Source of the DNA: Nitrososphaerota archaeon
GTDB lineage: Archaea; Thermoproteota; Nitrososphaeria_A; Caldarchaeales; Caldarchaeaceae
Assembly: GCA_041641305.1 (NCBI GenBank)
Contig: JBEPYN010000002.1
Location: 480,001 to 544,000, forward strand
Direction: 5' to 3'
Length of the DNA stretch: 64,000 nucleotides
Every line of letters begins with the position of its first letter. The stretch's first letter is position 1. Shown here in pieces: positions 46,487 through 56,803 of the stretch. The translations under genes were made by a program, and so were the position numbers. The notes beneath the pieces were generated by a model that was given only the letters and a program-made list of their open reading frames with translations, ran no database searches and was not told the DNA's origin.

Positions 46487-46580
46487 ATCGCATATCTTGT
46501 TTGCTGCGTCGTATTATACTTTGGCCTGATGTTTTTCTTGGTGTAAATGTTTTTTAGAACGGTGGCGACTTTTTCCGAAT

Positions 46581-47891
46581 GTGAATTCAGCGCGTTTCTT
46601 CAACAAACCCGCTGAAACTATGAGTAGGAAAGATATTGAGGAAAACCGTGATAAGATGCTGCGTTGGACTGTTCGGCATGCTTACAGAAACAACCCATTC
46701 TATCGTAAGAAACTTGATGAAGCGAAGGTCAGCCCAGACGATGTTAAGACGGTGGATGATTTGGTGAAGCTGCCTTTCACAACCAAGGATGAGCTGCGTT
46801 CACTGTATCCATACGGCACTCTCGCCGTGCAGCGTAGCGAGGTTCTTGAGGTTCACGCCACCTCTGGGACAACAGGTGTGCCGACCCTCGGGTTCTACAC
46901 AAAAAACGACATAGAGGTCTGGGCCGAGGTCTCCGCCCGTAGCCTAGCCATGTCCGGGCTGACTAAGGAAGATGTTTTTCAGATTACCCCGAGTTTCGGA
47001 ATGTTTACGGGAGGGTTCGGGTTCTACTATGGGGCACGCAAGATAGGCGCCATGATTATACCAACCGGCGCAGGGTTCAGCCGCCGCCAAATACAGTACA
47101 TGCTCGACTTCGGAACCACTATGGTGTGCGCGGTTGTTTCATACATTCTCAGGTTGACTGAGACGGCTTTGGAGATGGGTGTCGACCCGGCTAAGGATAC
47201 ACTGGTTAGGAAGGGTGTTTTCGGCTCGGAGATGTGGACCTCTGAGATGAAGAAATGGGTCTCCGACAAGTGGAACATGGATGTCTACGACATCTACGGG
47301 TTTACGGAGCTTTGTGGACCCGGTGTCGCGAACGACTGCTTTGTTCACGATGGGCTGCATCTATGGGAGGACCATTTTCTCGTGGAGGTCATCGACCCCA
47401 AGACCGGTGAACCCGTCGGCCCCGAGGAAAAAGGCGAGCTTGTCTTCACCACATTGACTAAAGAGGCGGCGCCGCTCCTCCGATACCGTTGCAGAGACAT
47501 CTCATACATCTACGACGCCCGCTCATGCGACTGTGGAAGAACCCATCTCCGGCTCGGATACATTTCTGGCAGGGTTGATGACATGATAAAGGTCTCAGGC
47601 GTCGCTGTCTGGCCCAGCGCAGTCGAATCAGTATTGCTCAGACATCGTGAACTTGGCCCCGAGTATCAGATAGTTGTCTGGAGGGAGAAGGGCCTTGATA
47701 GGATGAAGGTCGTCGCCGAGCTGGCCCATGAACTGAGAAGCGATGAGGCCGAGGCTCTGCGAAGCAAGTTGGAGAGAGAACTACATGAGACACTGCTTAC
47801 AAGTGTGCAGGTGGAGCTTGCGGAACCCATGTCCCTGCCACGTCAAGAAGTGGGCAAAGCCAAACGCGTCATAGACAAGCGGGTTGAATAA
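46581..47891 (+). CDS. paaK: Phenylacetate--CoA ligase family
   Basis: LPFTTKDELR, HATSGTTG, DIYGFTELCGPG, WEDHF, GRVDDM and GKAKRVIDKR. Confidence 0.9.
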   Translation: MNSARFFNKPAETMSRKDIEENRDKMLRWTVRHAYRNNPFYRKKLDEAKVSPDDVKTVDDLVKLPFTTKDELRSLYPYGTLAVQRSEVLEVHATSGTTGVPTLGFYTKNDIEVWAEVSARSLAMSGLTKEDVFQITPSFGMFTGGFGFYYGARKIGAMIIPTGAGFSRRQIQYMLDFGTTMVCAVVSYILRLTETALEMGVDPAKDTLVRKGVFGSEMWTSEMKKWVSDKWNMDVYDIYGFTELCGPGVANDCFVHDGLHLWEDHFLVEVIDPKTGEPVGPEEKGELVFTTLTKEAAPLLRYRCRDISYIYDARSCDCGRTHLRLGYISGRVDDMIKVSGVAVWPSAVESVLLRHRELGPEYQIVVWREKGLDRMKVVAELAHELRSDEAEALRSKLERELHETLLTSVQVELAEPMSLPRQEVGKAKRVIDKRVE

Positions 47892-48870
47892 AATGGTCCG
47901 AATAATTTCTCGAAGCGAGCTCGAGAACTGGCTTGATATGAAGACCTCCGTCGAGATTGTTGAGGATTTTTTCAGAGATTATGGTGACGAGAAGTATGTT
48001 GCTCCGCCGAGGATGGTTACAGCGATTGAAGAGCGTGACGCCGTCTACCTCAACATGCCGGCCGCCAGCCTCCACGCCGGAGGTTACACGGTGAAGCTGA
48101 TAAACGAATACAGGAAAAACCCCGTGCTACACGGCGTCGAGGCAGCCCATGGTGTGGTGCTTTTCTTCGACATAGAAACTGGGATGCTTAAGGGAATTGT
48201 GGACGCGGTGGCACTCACGTCTCTCAGAACAGGTGCAATAGGTGGAGTGGGTGCAAAATATCTCGCACCCGCTGACAGCAGGTCAGCAGCATTAATAGGG
48301 AGTGGTAGAACAGCGTGGACACAGTTGACAGCTCTACACACAGTACGAGGCATTGAGCGGGTCAAAATCTACAGCCCCACAAAGGCCAACAGAGAAAAGC
48401 TCGCTGAAAAAGCCGCGAAGACCTTGGGAATAGATGCGGAAGCGGTCGAGAACCCGCGTGAAGCGGTTGAGAACGCTGAAGTGGTGCTGGCGGCCACGAA
48501 CTCAGCGGAACCTGTTTTGACGGGTGAGTGGCTTGCAGAAAATGTTCATGTCACGAGTATTGGGGCTTTGCCTACTCGTAGAGAGCTTGACCTTGAGACT
48601 TTCCGCCGCGCGGAGCTGATAGCCGCCGACCTCAAGAAATCCGTGCTCAAGGAGGCTGGGGACATAATGGCCGCGGTTGAGAAGGGAATCGTGGACCCGG
48701 CCAAGGTTCTTGAGCTCCATGAAGTTGTTAAACAGAACCTGACAAGGCCCCGGAACGTTCACGTCACATTGCTCAAATCCGTTGGGTTTGCGGCTCTCGA
48801 CCTTTACTTTACTTCACGTGTCCTGAGAATGGCTGAGAAGATGGGCGTCGGCCGGGTTATCGAGCTTTAG
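47884..48870 (+). CDS. Ornithine cyclodeaminase / mu-crystallin family
   Basis: LTSLRTGA, IGSG, HVTSIGA and KSVG. Confidence 0.9.
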   Translation: MNKMVRIISRSELENWLDMKTSVEIVEDFFRDYGDEKYVAPPRMVTAIEERDAVYLNMPAASLHAGGYTVKLINEYRKNPVLHGVEAAHGVVLFFDIETGMLKGIVDAVALTSLRTGAIGGVGAKYLAPADSRSAALIGSGRTAWTQLTALHTVRGIERVKIYSPTKANREKLAEKAAKTLGIDAEAVENPREAVENAEVVLAATNSAEPVLTGEWLAENVHVTSIGALPTRRELDLETFRRAELIAADLKKSVLKEAGDIMAAVEKGIVDPAKVLELHEVVKQNLTRPRNVHVTLLKSVGFAALDLYFTSRVLRMAEKMGVGRVIEL

Positions 48871-49994
48871 TATGACCTCGGTAGGCCGAGGCCTTTTTCC
48901 GCTATGAATGCAAGGGCCAGCTCCTGTGTTATCGGCCCCGACTTAAGCAAGTAGATGTCTCTCATCACCCGCTCCAGCCCAGACTCCTTAAGGTAGCCGT
49001 GTCCGCCGAGAACCTGAATAGCTTGCCCAACCGCCTTGAACACAACCTCGGAGGCGAAATACTTGGCCACGCACGCGGCCACACTCGCATCCTCGTCCCT
49101 GTCAAACTTTCCAGCGGCGTCGAATGTCAGAAGCTTCGCCGCCTCGGCTTCGGCGTAGAGTACTGCGAGTGGGAACTGTATGCCCTGATATGTGCCTATG
49201 GGTTTTCCGAAGACTTTCCGCTCCTTGGCATATGAGGTGGCTGTTTTGATTGCGAAAAGCGCTGAGCCGACGGCGAGTGCTGCGTAAACTATGCGATCCG
49301 GGTTAAGTGCATGTGTGAGAGCCTTCCAACCGTTGTCCACCTCCCCCACAACACTCTCCTCATCAACCTCGACATTCTCAAGCCTCATCAAACCCGTGCG
49401 GAAATAATTGGTACCCATCTTCGGAAGCTCCGAGAAGCTGAGACCCGCCGCCTTCATGTCGAGAACAAACAACGTAATCCCCGCACTCTTCTTCGCAGCA
49501 CGTTCAAGCGGCGTTGTCCTCGCTGCAAGAAGCATATGGGTGGCTCTGTCAAAGTTGTTGACATACATCTTCTCCCCGTTTATCACATATTTCCTACCTT
49601 GTTTGACCGCGGTTGTCTTTATCGAGAGAACATCGGATCCAGATTCTCTCTCTGTTATCGAGAGGCCCATGATGTATTCTCCTGTAGCGAGTCGCGGAAG
49701 AATGCTTTGACGCTGGCTCTCTGACCCTGATTTGTTTATCACGAGAGAGGCCATGTTGTTGCTGAGAAGCGGGTAAATGGCTGTCCCGCAGCCATGCATA
49801 GTGAGATAAATCACGGCTTCGACGAGTTTAGAGACGGTTTTGCCCAGTCCGCCGTAGGTTTCTGGAATCAGGAACCCGGGCATCCGACGCCTCCCACACT
49901 CTCGCCAAAACTCCTCGGGGAACTCACCCTCATCGCTTGCCTTCTCCCAGTAGCTCAGCGGGAAAAGTGCTGGCAGGTCCACAACCTCTTTCAC
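48867..49994 (-). CDS. Acyl-CoA dehydrogenase family
   Basis: ITERESGSD, INGEKMY, RKVFGKPIGTYQGIQF and QVLGGHGY. Confidence 0.92.
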   Translation of the reverse strand: MKEVVDLPALFPLSYWEKASDEGEFPEEFWRECGRRRMPGFLIPETYGGLGKTVSKLVEAVIYLTMHGCGTAIYPLLSNNMASLVINKSGSESQRQSILPRLATGEYIMGLSITERESGSDVLSIKTTAVKQGRKYVINGEKMYVNNFDRATHMLLAARTTPLERAAKKSAGITLFVLDMKAAGLSFSELPKMGTNYFRTGLMRLENVEVDEESVVGEVDNGWKALTHALNPDRIVYAALAVGSALFAIKTATSYAKERKVFGKPIGTYQGIQFPLAVLYAEAEAAKLLTFDAAGKFDRDEDASVAACVAKYFASEVVFKAVGQAIQVLGGHGYLKESGLERVMRDIYLLKSGPITQELALAFIAEKGLGLPRSY

Positions 49995-50078
49995 GTATCA
50001 GATGATGCAAACCCTTGTTTTAGTGTTGTCGGCGATGAAATCTCTAATACTCCGATTATACGAACACATCGGGAAAAA

Positions 50079-51203
50079 TTGGCTAAAAGGTTGCCGCTCC
50101 TCTTCTTCGGACACTTGGCCAACGACACCCTCTACACAAGCCTACCACCACTGCTTCCACTGCTGGCGGCTCAGCAGAAAACATCCGCAGCCACACTGGC
50201 ACTGATACCGACAGTCTACATGATGACCGCGTCATTCCTCCAGTTAGCGGTGGGATTTTTCTTTGACAGAAAACCTAAACCAACCCTAGTTCCTCTCGGC
50301 CTGTTTTTAGGCGGAGCTGCGGTATCCGCGATCGGGTTTGTCGAAGGCTATCCGCTGATATTGTTGCTCGGGTTTCTTGGCGGTGTCGGATCCGCCTTGT
50401 TTCATCCTCCGGCAACCTCTATAGCCTCACTTTCTGATAAAAGGTCTTCATCGGTCTCCTTTTTCATGTCGGGTGGAGACATTGGGCTGGCGGTAGGCTC
50501 CTTTCTCGCTACAACGGCTTACGCCGCCATGGGGGTGCATGGCACGGGACTGCTCATAATCCTACCAGCCTTAGCCGCCACAATGCTATTGATCGGAGAG
50601 AGGCAACGTGTTGAGGCCCCGGTTCAAAACCCTGTGAAACCCGATGTCAGGCAGCTTGGCTTCGCGTTAGCCACCGCTATTCTCCGAGCAGTAGCCGCAC
50701 TGTCATTCGTCACTTTTCTTCCACTCTATCTCACGGAACGTGGACTGGGTTTCTCAATGGCTGGAACAGTGTTGACAATCATGATACTCGCGGGGGCTGG
50801 AGGTATGTTGTCCGCTGGATACATTGCGGAAAAGATTGGTAAGAGGAGGGCGGTTTCGCTGTTCTTGGTGTTGACTGGCCTCTGGATACCTGTCGCTGTT
50901 CTCACTCCGCCGCAGCTGGCGTTTCTTGTGTATGGAGTTCTCGGGTTCCTCATATTCGCCGTCCATCCCCTGCTGGTGGCATACGCCCACGACCTGTTGC
51001 CACAAAACCTCGGAGCAGCCTCGGGTCTAATGTATGGGCTGACCTTCGGACTAGGCCACTTGGTTGTCCCCATCATCGGCGCCGCCGTCGACTTCTATGG
51101 ATACCAGAGTGTTCTCCTCAGCCTAGCATTCATGCCTTTCACGGCGGCCCTCTTGTTCCAGCGTGCTCCCGCCGCCGCAAAAACCCGCACCATATATAAG
51201 TAG
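50079..51203 (+). CDS. MFS transporter (Fsr-like)
   Basis: GHLAND...LPPLLP, GSALFHP and FMSGGDIG. TTG 50079 preferred over 49794, which overlaps the ACAD gene. Confidence 0.88.
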   Translation: MAKRLPLLFFGHLANDTLYTSLPPLLPLLAAQQKTSAATLALIPTVYMMTASFLQLAVGFFFDRKPKPTLVPLGLFLGGAAVSAIGFVEGYPLILLLGFLGGVGSALFHPPATSIASLSDKRSSSVSFFMSGGDIGLAVGSFLATTAYAAMGVHGTGLLIILPALAATMLLIGERQRVEAPVQNPVKPDVRQLGFALATAILRAVAALSFVTFLPLYLTERGLGFSMAGTVLTIMILAGAGGMLSAGYIAEKIGKRRAVSLFLVLTGLWIPVAVLTPPQLAFLVYGVLGFLIFAVHPLLVAYAHDLLPQNLGAASGLMYGLTFGLGHLVVPIIGAAVDFYGYQSVLLSLAFMPFTAALLFQRAPAAAKTRTIYK

Positions 51204-51221
51204 CTGAGTGGAATAAGTTCT

Positions 51222-51857
51222 GTGGAGAATAGTTTCGTCAACGTACTCCAAAAACTGTTAAACGGGCTTAGGACAGGAAATCATGTGGAGATTATCCACG
51301 CAGGTGGCAAGAGGATACTTAGGATTTTTTGGTTGAATGTTGTGCATGAGCCTGAGGTTTTTCGGGCGATTGCGAAGCTGGTCAAAATCCATGTTGAGAA
51401 AATGGGCTACGATGTTGAAGCTGTAGCCTCGGTAGAAACCTCGGGAGCCAAATACGGGTTAGCGGTCGCCAACGAGCTGGGAAAACCCTACTACTCCATA
51501 CACAAAGCGAGGAAACTAATCTTTCAACAGCCTGTCGCGGCGGAAGGGTTCTCAGTCACAGAGAGTAAACCAGTGACCCTGCATCTGGACAGGGCGGTCG
51601 CATCCCAATTTAACAGCGTGCTCCTCATCGACGACGTGAGACGGACCTCTGCGACGATAAACACTGCCGCAGCTCTTCTAAGTGAATGTGGAGTCTCTGT
51701 AACAGCCTGCTACGTGATCATCGACCTGGCCTTTGCAGGGCATCCGAGGCCTGAAAAGGTTCCGCCTAATAGGTATCACCCGCTTTTCGTGGTAAGCGCC
51801 GTAGACGACGAAGGCAAATGCGTTGTAGACGAGGGACTTGTCCCCGAGTTTCTGTAG
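51222..51857 (+). CDS. Type I phosphoribosyltransferase-fold protein
   Basis: ASVETSG and VLLIDDVRRTSATI (variant PRPP loop). Confidence 0.75.
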   Translation: MENSFVNVLQKLLNGLRTGNHVEIIHAGGKRILRIFWLNVVHEPEVFRAIAKLVKIHVEKMGYDVEAVASVETSGAKYGLAVANELGKPYYSIHKARKLIFQQPVAAEGFSVTESKPVTLHLDRAVASQFNSVLLIDDVRRTSATINTAAALLSECGVSVTACYVIIDLAFAGHPRPEKVPPNRYHPLFVVSAVDDEGKCVVDEGLVPEFL

Positions 51858-54040
51858 CGTCTAAGAAGCCGCATCGCAGCAGCCGCTAGGAGTACCAGCA
51901 GCACTAAAGCAGTGATGGTTCCCAGCACTGGTGTGAGGATGTTCGGCTCCTCTAGAACAAGTGTTACTCGTGTCGGTGCAGTAACCCTGAGAAACGTGCC
52001 GCTATGCTCTACACCCGCCTCATCTACATAGCCTCTCAAACCAAGTTTCAACCCTTTGGCCCTAAGCAGTGAGCCGATGTCCAGTACCTCGCCTTCCCGT
52101 GCCCAGGCTATGTCCGCCAATGTGCCGTTCGGATAAAAAACATCAACCCTATGGTATGCATCGATAACGAAACGCGCTTTCTCCTGCTCACCGTTTACGA
52201 TGACGTGGCTGGGTGTAGAGGTGTATCGGGTGTATGATGTTGAAGGTAGCTGGAGGGAGATGTTGGCTTGCCTGTTTCTCAGGAGCACTAAGTTTGTTGA
52301 GCCCGCTGTCGAGGCGTTGGCGATGGGTGTGTTGTCGAGGAGAATCGTTGGCCGAGCTTCTGCGACATGGCCATCTATCTCAGCTACGAGAACGTAGGCT
52401 ATGTCTGCGTTTAGCTTGCCGTGTCCCCATATATTCGACACAGTGTCCCCTGTGTAGCTGTCCCGTCTCGCAGTGTTCCTGATTATCTCGAAAACTTCTT
52501 GCGGCGATAGGTTTGGCGCGAGTTGGAGGATGAGCGCAGCCACTCCGGCGGCGTGTGGTGCTGCCATGCTTGTGCCCCGGCTTACTGCTATGTCTTCGCC
52601 TGGGCTGAATGCTTGACGTGTTGCGTCTCTTGAACGGGCTGCGAAAACAACTCCTCCGGGGGCTGTGATGTCGGGTTTTGTTCTTCCATCGGTTGTTGGG
52701 CCGCGTCCGCTGTAAAACTCGATATCCCCGACTATGCCGCCCACACTCCATGTCTGTCCGCTGGCGTTCCACATCGCTCGTGTGGTGTAGGCCCCAACCG
52801 TCAAAACTTTCTTCGCTGTACCAGGGATTGTTACTGTATAAGATGATGTGATGCTGTAATCCAGTGATGGGAGAAAAGCCTCTGACTCAGTGCTGCATGT
52901 GTCTGACTCCAGCCATGCATGCATTTTCCCGTCAACAACTTTTTGCGGCGTTAATGTAAGCCGCCAAACACCTGTTTCGAGTGGTTTGCCTCTGATTGTT
53001 ATCGCGATTTCCTGCAGCGTCTCTGTTCTCTGGAGGCTTGTCTCGAGTATGGTTTCATTGACTGTTTTGGAGCCGTTTTGCGGCAGCTCTATCCTGTCCA
53101 ACCCCGGTGTTGTGAGGGTTAGATCCATGATGTTTTCGGAATGTGTTACGAGCGAGAGGGCGGCCTCTGTTGTCTGCGGCGGGATTGTCCACTGGAGTGT
53201 GAGCGTGACACCCTGTGTCAGGGTTGCTTCAACATGTCGGGCGTCGTTGGCTGAGTTGCCCGCCGCGACTACGAAGACAACGCCTTCCTCCGCCCATTTG
53301 TCCAGCGCTTTTTCGAGAGGTGTGCTGCCGTCATGTGCTCCGATGTCTGTCCCGAGGCTGAGGACAACGACAAGCCTTCTGCCCAGCTGCCGAGCTTTCT
53401 CGACCGCATATGCGATGCCGTCCAGCAGACCCTCTTCACTGAAGAACCATCTAGCTCCACCGCATGCGGGGCCGCCGCTTTTAACCACCACAAGCTCCGC
53501 ACCAGACGCAACACCTCTCAGCCCCCGGTCCCCGTAAAATCCGCCAGCTGCGATCGACGCCACGACCGTTCCATGACCCACCGTGTCACGCTGCGGACAA
53601 TCACCTGACACAATCTCTTGTCTGTCGCATTCATAGCCATATCCAAAACCCTGCGGAGGCTTTCCCCCAACAGTCTGATCCCAGATAGCCACAATCCTTG
53701 TGCCGTCGTCTGTCCTGAATGTTAGGTGACTGTAATCCACGCCCGTGTCCACCACAGCAATCAAGACACCGCGGCCATCAACAGCCGCCACATTCACACC
53801 CGAGACATTTAGAAGCCTATCAACACCGATGTCAACCAAACCGGCGTCCAGAAGAGGATAATATCTCCGAGACATGTAATGGCTGAAGCCCAGCGTGTGA
53901 AGCATTTCACGAACCATAGGTGAAACAACACCGTCTACAGCACTTGGCTGCTGCATCATCGCCGCGAAACCGTCATGAATAGAGGAAACGGATATGATAA
54001 CAACAAACAGGTAGAGCAAAACTTCTCGCAAGGCGGTCAT
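51776..54040 (-). CDS. Membrane-anchored S8 subtilase (Csp-like, with inserted jelly-roll domain)
   Basis: Triad VDTGVD / GHGT / GTSMAAP, AAGN, IWDQT; signal peptide and C-terminal TM helix. Confidence 0.9.
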   Translation of the reverse strand: MTALREVLLYLFVVIISVSSIHDGFAAMMQQPSAVDGVVSPMVREMLHTLGFSHYMSRRYYPLLDAGLVDIGVDRLLNVSGVNVAAVDGRGVLIAVVDTGVDYSHLTFRTDDGTRIVAIWDQTVGGKPPQGFGYGYECDRQEIVSGDCPQRDTVGHGTVVASIAAGGFYGDRGLRGVASGAELVVVKSGGPACGGARWFFSEEGLLDGIAYAVEKARQLGRRLVVVLSLGTDIGAHDGSTPLEKALDKWAEEGVVFVVAAGNSANDARHVEATLTQGVTLTLQWTIPPQTTEAALSLVTHSENIMDLTLTTPGLDRIELPQNGSKTVNETILETSLQRTETLQEIAITIRGKPLETGVWRLTLTPQKVVDGKMHAWLESDTCSTESEAFLPSLDYSITSSYTVTIPGTAKKVLTVGAYTTRAMWNASGQTWSVGGIVGDIEFYSGRGPTTDGRTKPDITAPGGVVFAARSRDATRQAFSPGEDIAVSRGTSMAAPHAAGVAALILQLAPNLSPQEVFEIIRNTARRDSYTGDTVSNIWGHGKLNADIAYVLVAEIDGHVAEARPTILLDNTPIANASTAGSTNLVLLRNRQANISLQLPSTSYTRYTSTPSHVIVNGEQEKARFVIDAYHRVDVFYPNGTLADIAWAREGEVLDIGSLLRAKGLKLGLRGYVDEAGVEHSGTFLRVTAPTRVTLVLEEPNILTPVLGTITALVLLVLLAAAAMRLLRRYRNSGTSPSSTTHLPSSSTALTTKSG

Positions 54041-54118
54041 TTGTAAAAGATGTGGAATGAAATGATTTATAGATGGTGCATCAACAAGGATATAAACGCG
54101 CAGCCGCAAATTTAGGAT

Positions 54119-55069
54119 ATGAAGTTTCTAAGCGATTCGGACGTTGCTGCAGTTGTTGATCCTGTAAAGGTTGTTGAAGCTGTGGAGCGTGCCTACATAC
54201 TCTATAGCACGGGCCGGGTGGTGATGCCTGTCCGCTCACGTGTAGAAAACAAGGAGCATGGTGGCGACATATTGATGATGCCGTGTCTAGTGCCAGACAT
54301 GGGAATTTTTAGTCTCAAGCTGGTGACAGTCTATCCCCGCAACCTCGAAAAAGGCTTGCCGACGATAAACGCGACAGTCATAGCTTTGGACGCGTCAACG
54401 GGGATGCCTCAGCTCGTGGCTGAGGCGAGGGCTCTCACAGGTTTACGCACAGCGGCAGCAACAGCTGTCTCCATCAAACATATGGCACGTCGCGACTTCA
54501 CCAAAGTCGGAATAATCGGTGCAGGGTATCAGGCGCGGTGGCAGCTGCGGGTCGTCGCGGCAAACCATCCACACGCCATCTTCAAGGCCTATGACATCGA
54601 CTCCAAACGCTTAGACGAGTTTGTGACGGAGATGAGCCGCATGGGATATGAGGTAAAGCCATCGCCGACGGCTGAAGAGCTTGTGAGATGGAGCGATGTC
54701 GTGATAACAGTCACAACCTCGAAGCAGCCGGTGGTGCTGAGGAGCTGGGTGAAAGAAGGCACACACATATCCGCGATAGGTGGCTACACACCTGAGATGG
54801 TTGAAATCGAGCCAACACTCGTCGCAAACTCGAAGCTCGTGGTCGACTCGCGTGAAGCGGTGCGGGAGGAGGCGGGCGACATCCTGAAGCCTATTGAGCT
54901 TGGGCTGATGAGGTTCGAGGACATCTACGCCGAGATAGGGGAAATAGCAGCAGGCCTCAAACCCGGGAGAACACATGAACGGGAGATAACGGTCTTCAAG
55001 AGCGTGGGCCTCGCCGTCCAAGACGCCGCCACAGCCAAACTCCTCATCGACTACCTAATGACGAGATAA
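54119..55069 (+). CDS. Ornithine cyclodeaminase / archaeal alanine dehydrogenase family
   Basis: [24 protein letters not shown] and [10 protein letters not shown]. Confidence 0.92.
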   Translation: MKFLSDSDVAAVVDPVKVVEAVERAYILYSTGRVVMPVRSRVENKEHGGDILMMPCLVPDMGIFSLKLVTVYPRNLEKGLPTINATVIALDASTGMPQLVAEARALTGLRTAAATAVSIKHMARRDFTKVGIIGAGYQARWQLRVVAANHPHAIFKAYDIDSKRLDEFVTEMSRMGYEVKPSPTAEELVRWSDVVITVTTSKQPVVLRSWVKEGTHISAIGGYTPEMVEIEPTLVANSKLVVDSREAVREEAGDILKPIELGLMRFEDIYAEIGEIAAGLKPGRTHEREITVFKSVGLAVQDAATAKLLIDYLMTR

Positions 55070-55908
55070 ATGCCCAAGATCACAGCCGCTGCGCCAAAAT
55101 AGGTAACTGGTCCCGCGACCTCCGCAAGCAAAAAAGCGGCGAGAAGAGTCGCGACAATCGGCTCCAGCAGAGCAAGCGAAGACGCCTGGTATGGATGTAG
55201 GCCTCGTAGACTGGAGAACTGTAGGCCGTGGCCGAGGACAGTGGGGAAAAACGCGAGACCAAGGAGGAAAAGCGCTTGTTCCGGGTTGGGTGGATAGATG
55301 CCTTGGCCAAGCAGGTAGGCGGCGGCTAGGGCTGGTAGAGAGGTGAAGAGTAGAAGCGGGCCGAAGACGGCGAAGATGTTCACCTCTTGCCTGACCCGTT
55401 TCCCGACCACGAGGTAGAGGGCCCAGAAAAAGGCCCCCAAAACAGCGTAGAAATCGCCCAACAAGCCTCCCGCGGCTCCAGAGGATTCGGCAACCGCCAT
55501 GGCGGCGGAGCCGGCCACAGCGAGAACCAGGCCTATTACGTTGATGTTGGAGGGCTTGGTCCAGCCGAGGCCCCAGCCAATAACGAGAGCCATCGCAGGC
55601 GTCGTGTTAACAAGAGTGGTTGCGTTGACGACCGACGTGTTCTGGACACCGAGCACGAAGAAGATGAAGTGCAGGCTGAGCAAAAGGCCGAGCAGCGGTA
55701 TCTCTCTCGGAAAGTCGCGGAAAGCCTTGGCAACATCACTTCGGAAGAAAAACGCAGCCAGGGCCGAGAGCAGCAGCCCCGCCACCAACACACGGAAAAC
55801 AACAATCGTGAAAGCGTCAACACCGGTCAGAAACCTGACAAAAATAGAGGCCGTGCCGAAGAAAAACCCCGCACCGACACCCTGCAAAACATAGAACAGC
55901 CTCGGCAT
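55051..55908 (-). CDS. DMT/EamA family transporter
   Basis: About 10 TM segments, TSVVNATTLVNTTP, GDFYA and LLEPIVA. Confidence 0.9.
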   Translation of the reverse strand: MPRLFYVLQGVGAGFFFGTASIFVRFLTGVDAFTIVVFRVLVAGLLLSALAAFFFRSDVAKAFRDFPREIPLLGLLLSLHFIFFVLGVQNTSVVNATTLVNTTPAMALVIGWGLGWTKPSNINVIGLVLAVAGSAAMAVAESSGAAGGLLGDFYAVLGAFFWALYLVVGKRVRQEVNIFAVFGPLLLFTSLPALAAAYLLGQGIYPPNPEQALFLLGLAFFPTVLGHGLQFSSLRGLHPYQASSLALLEPIVATLLAAFLLAEVAGPVTYFGAAAVILGIYLVIR

Positions 55909-55947
55909 ACATCCGCAGGAGAAAAGTAGGAAAAAAAGATAGAGTGT

Positions 55948-56694
55948 TTAGCCGATGAGGTAGACGACGTTCACCGAAACCGTGAGGGTTGTTGTCCCAG
56001 TCAATATCGGCGGTCCTGTGGATGCTTCGGTGGCTGCGCGAACGGGGTAGGCGGGCTGCACATCAATTATCGACACCGATTTGACGCCTGTTTTCCTCAG
56101 GTTGAGAGGACGGAGAACCGAGTCGGCCTTGGCCTCGGCGTCGCCTATAGCCGCCGATAGAAGCTGCCTATACACAGTGCTATACTGCTCGGGCGAAACC
56201 GTGAAGTACAGTCCGGATACTTGGTCAGCTCCAGAGTTCACGGCCGTCTCTATCAAGGACCCGGCGTCGGCGACACGTTTTGTCCTCACCTCTATGCTGT
56301 ATGTGGCGACATATCCGATAATACGTGGGGGCTCCTTGTCGGGGTAGATGTATTCTGGCGAGATGTCGACGCTGGTCGTCTTCACATCTTCCGAGCTTAT
56401 GCCGAGTCCAAGAACCGCCGAAACCACTCTGTTGGCTTTTTCTGAAAGCTTCGCCAAAGCCTCGGAAGGTGTGGACGCCTTTTCCTGCACCACGAAGGTT
56501 ATAGCCAAAGTGTCTGGAACAATCGTGGTTTGAGCTGTCCCGGTCACCGACAACGTTGAAGAACCCAAGTTATCATCGGAGGTTGTCAGTATCTGGGTAG
56601 CCGATCCACTGAGCAAAGTCACCGCAGCGAGCGCAATCGCCAAGACCGCGGCCGTCACCGAAACGCTAACCAAAGCATACGAGGTTTTGTCCAT
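55948..56694 (-). CDS. SIMPL (DUF541) domain protein
   Basis: N-terminal anchor, SVTGTA...PD, ISPEY and AIGDAEAKA. Confidence 0.88.
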   Translation of the reverse strand: MDKTSYALVSVSVTAAVLAIALAAVTLLSGSATQILTTSDDNLGSSTLSVTGTAQTTIVPDTLAITFVVQEKASTPSEALAKLSEKANRVVSAVLGLGISSEDVKTTSVDISPEYIYPDKEPPRIIGYVATYSIEVRTKRVADAGSLIETAVNSGADQVSGLYFTVSPEQYSTVYRQLLSAAIGDAEAKADSVLRPLNLRKTGVKSVSIIDVQPAYPVRAATEASTGPPILTGTTTLTVSVNVVYLIG

Positions 56695-56803
56695 TTTTCC
56701 TCGGCAAACACATTATGCAGCGGGATAATAAGTCCAGAAACACGAACACCGCCAGCCATTCCTTGGAACGGTTTAAAACCCAGCCCATAAGACCCAACAC
56801 AAG

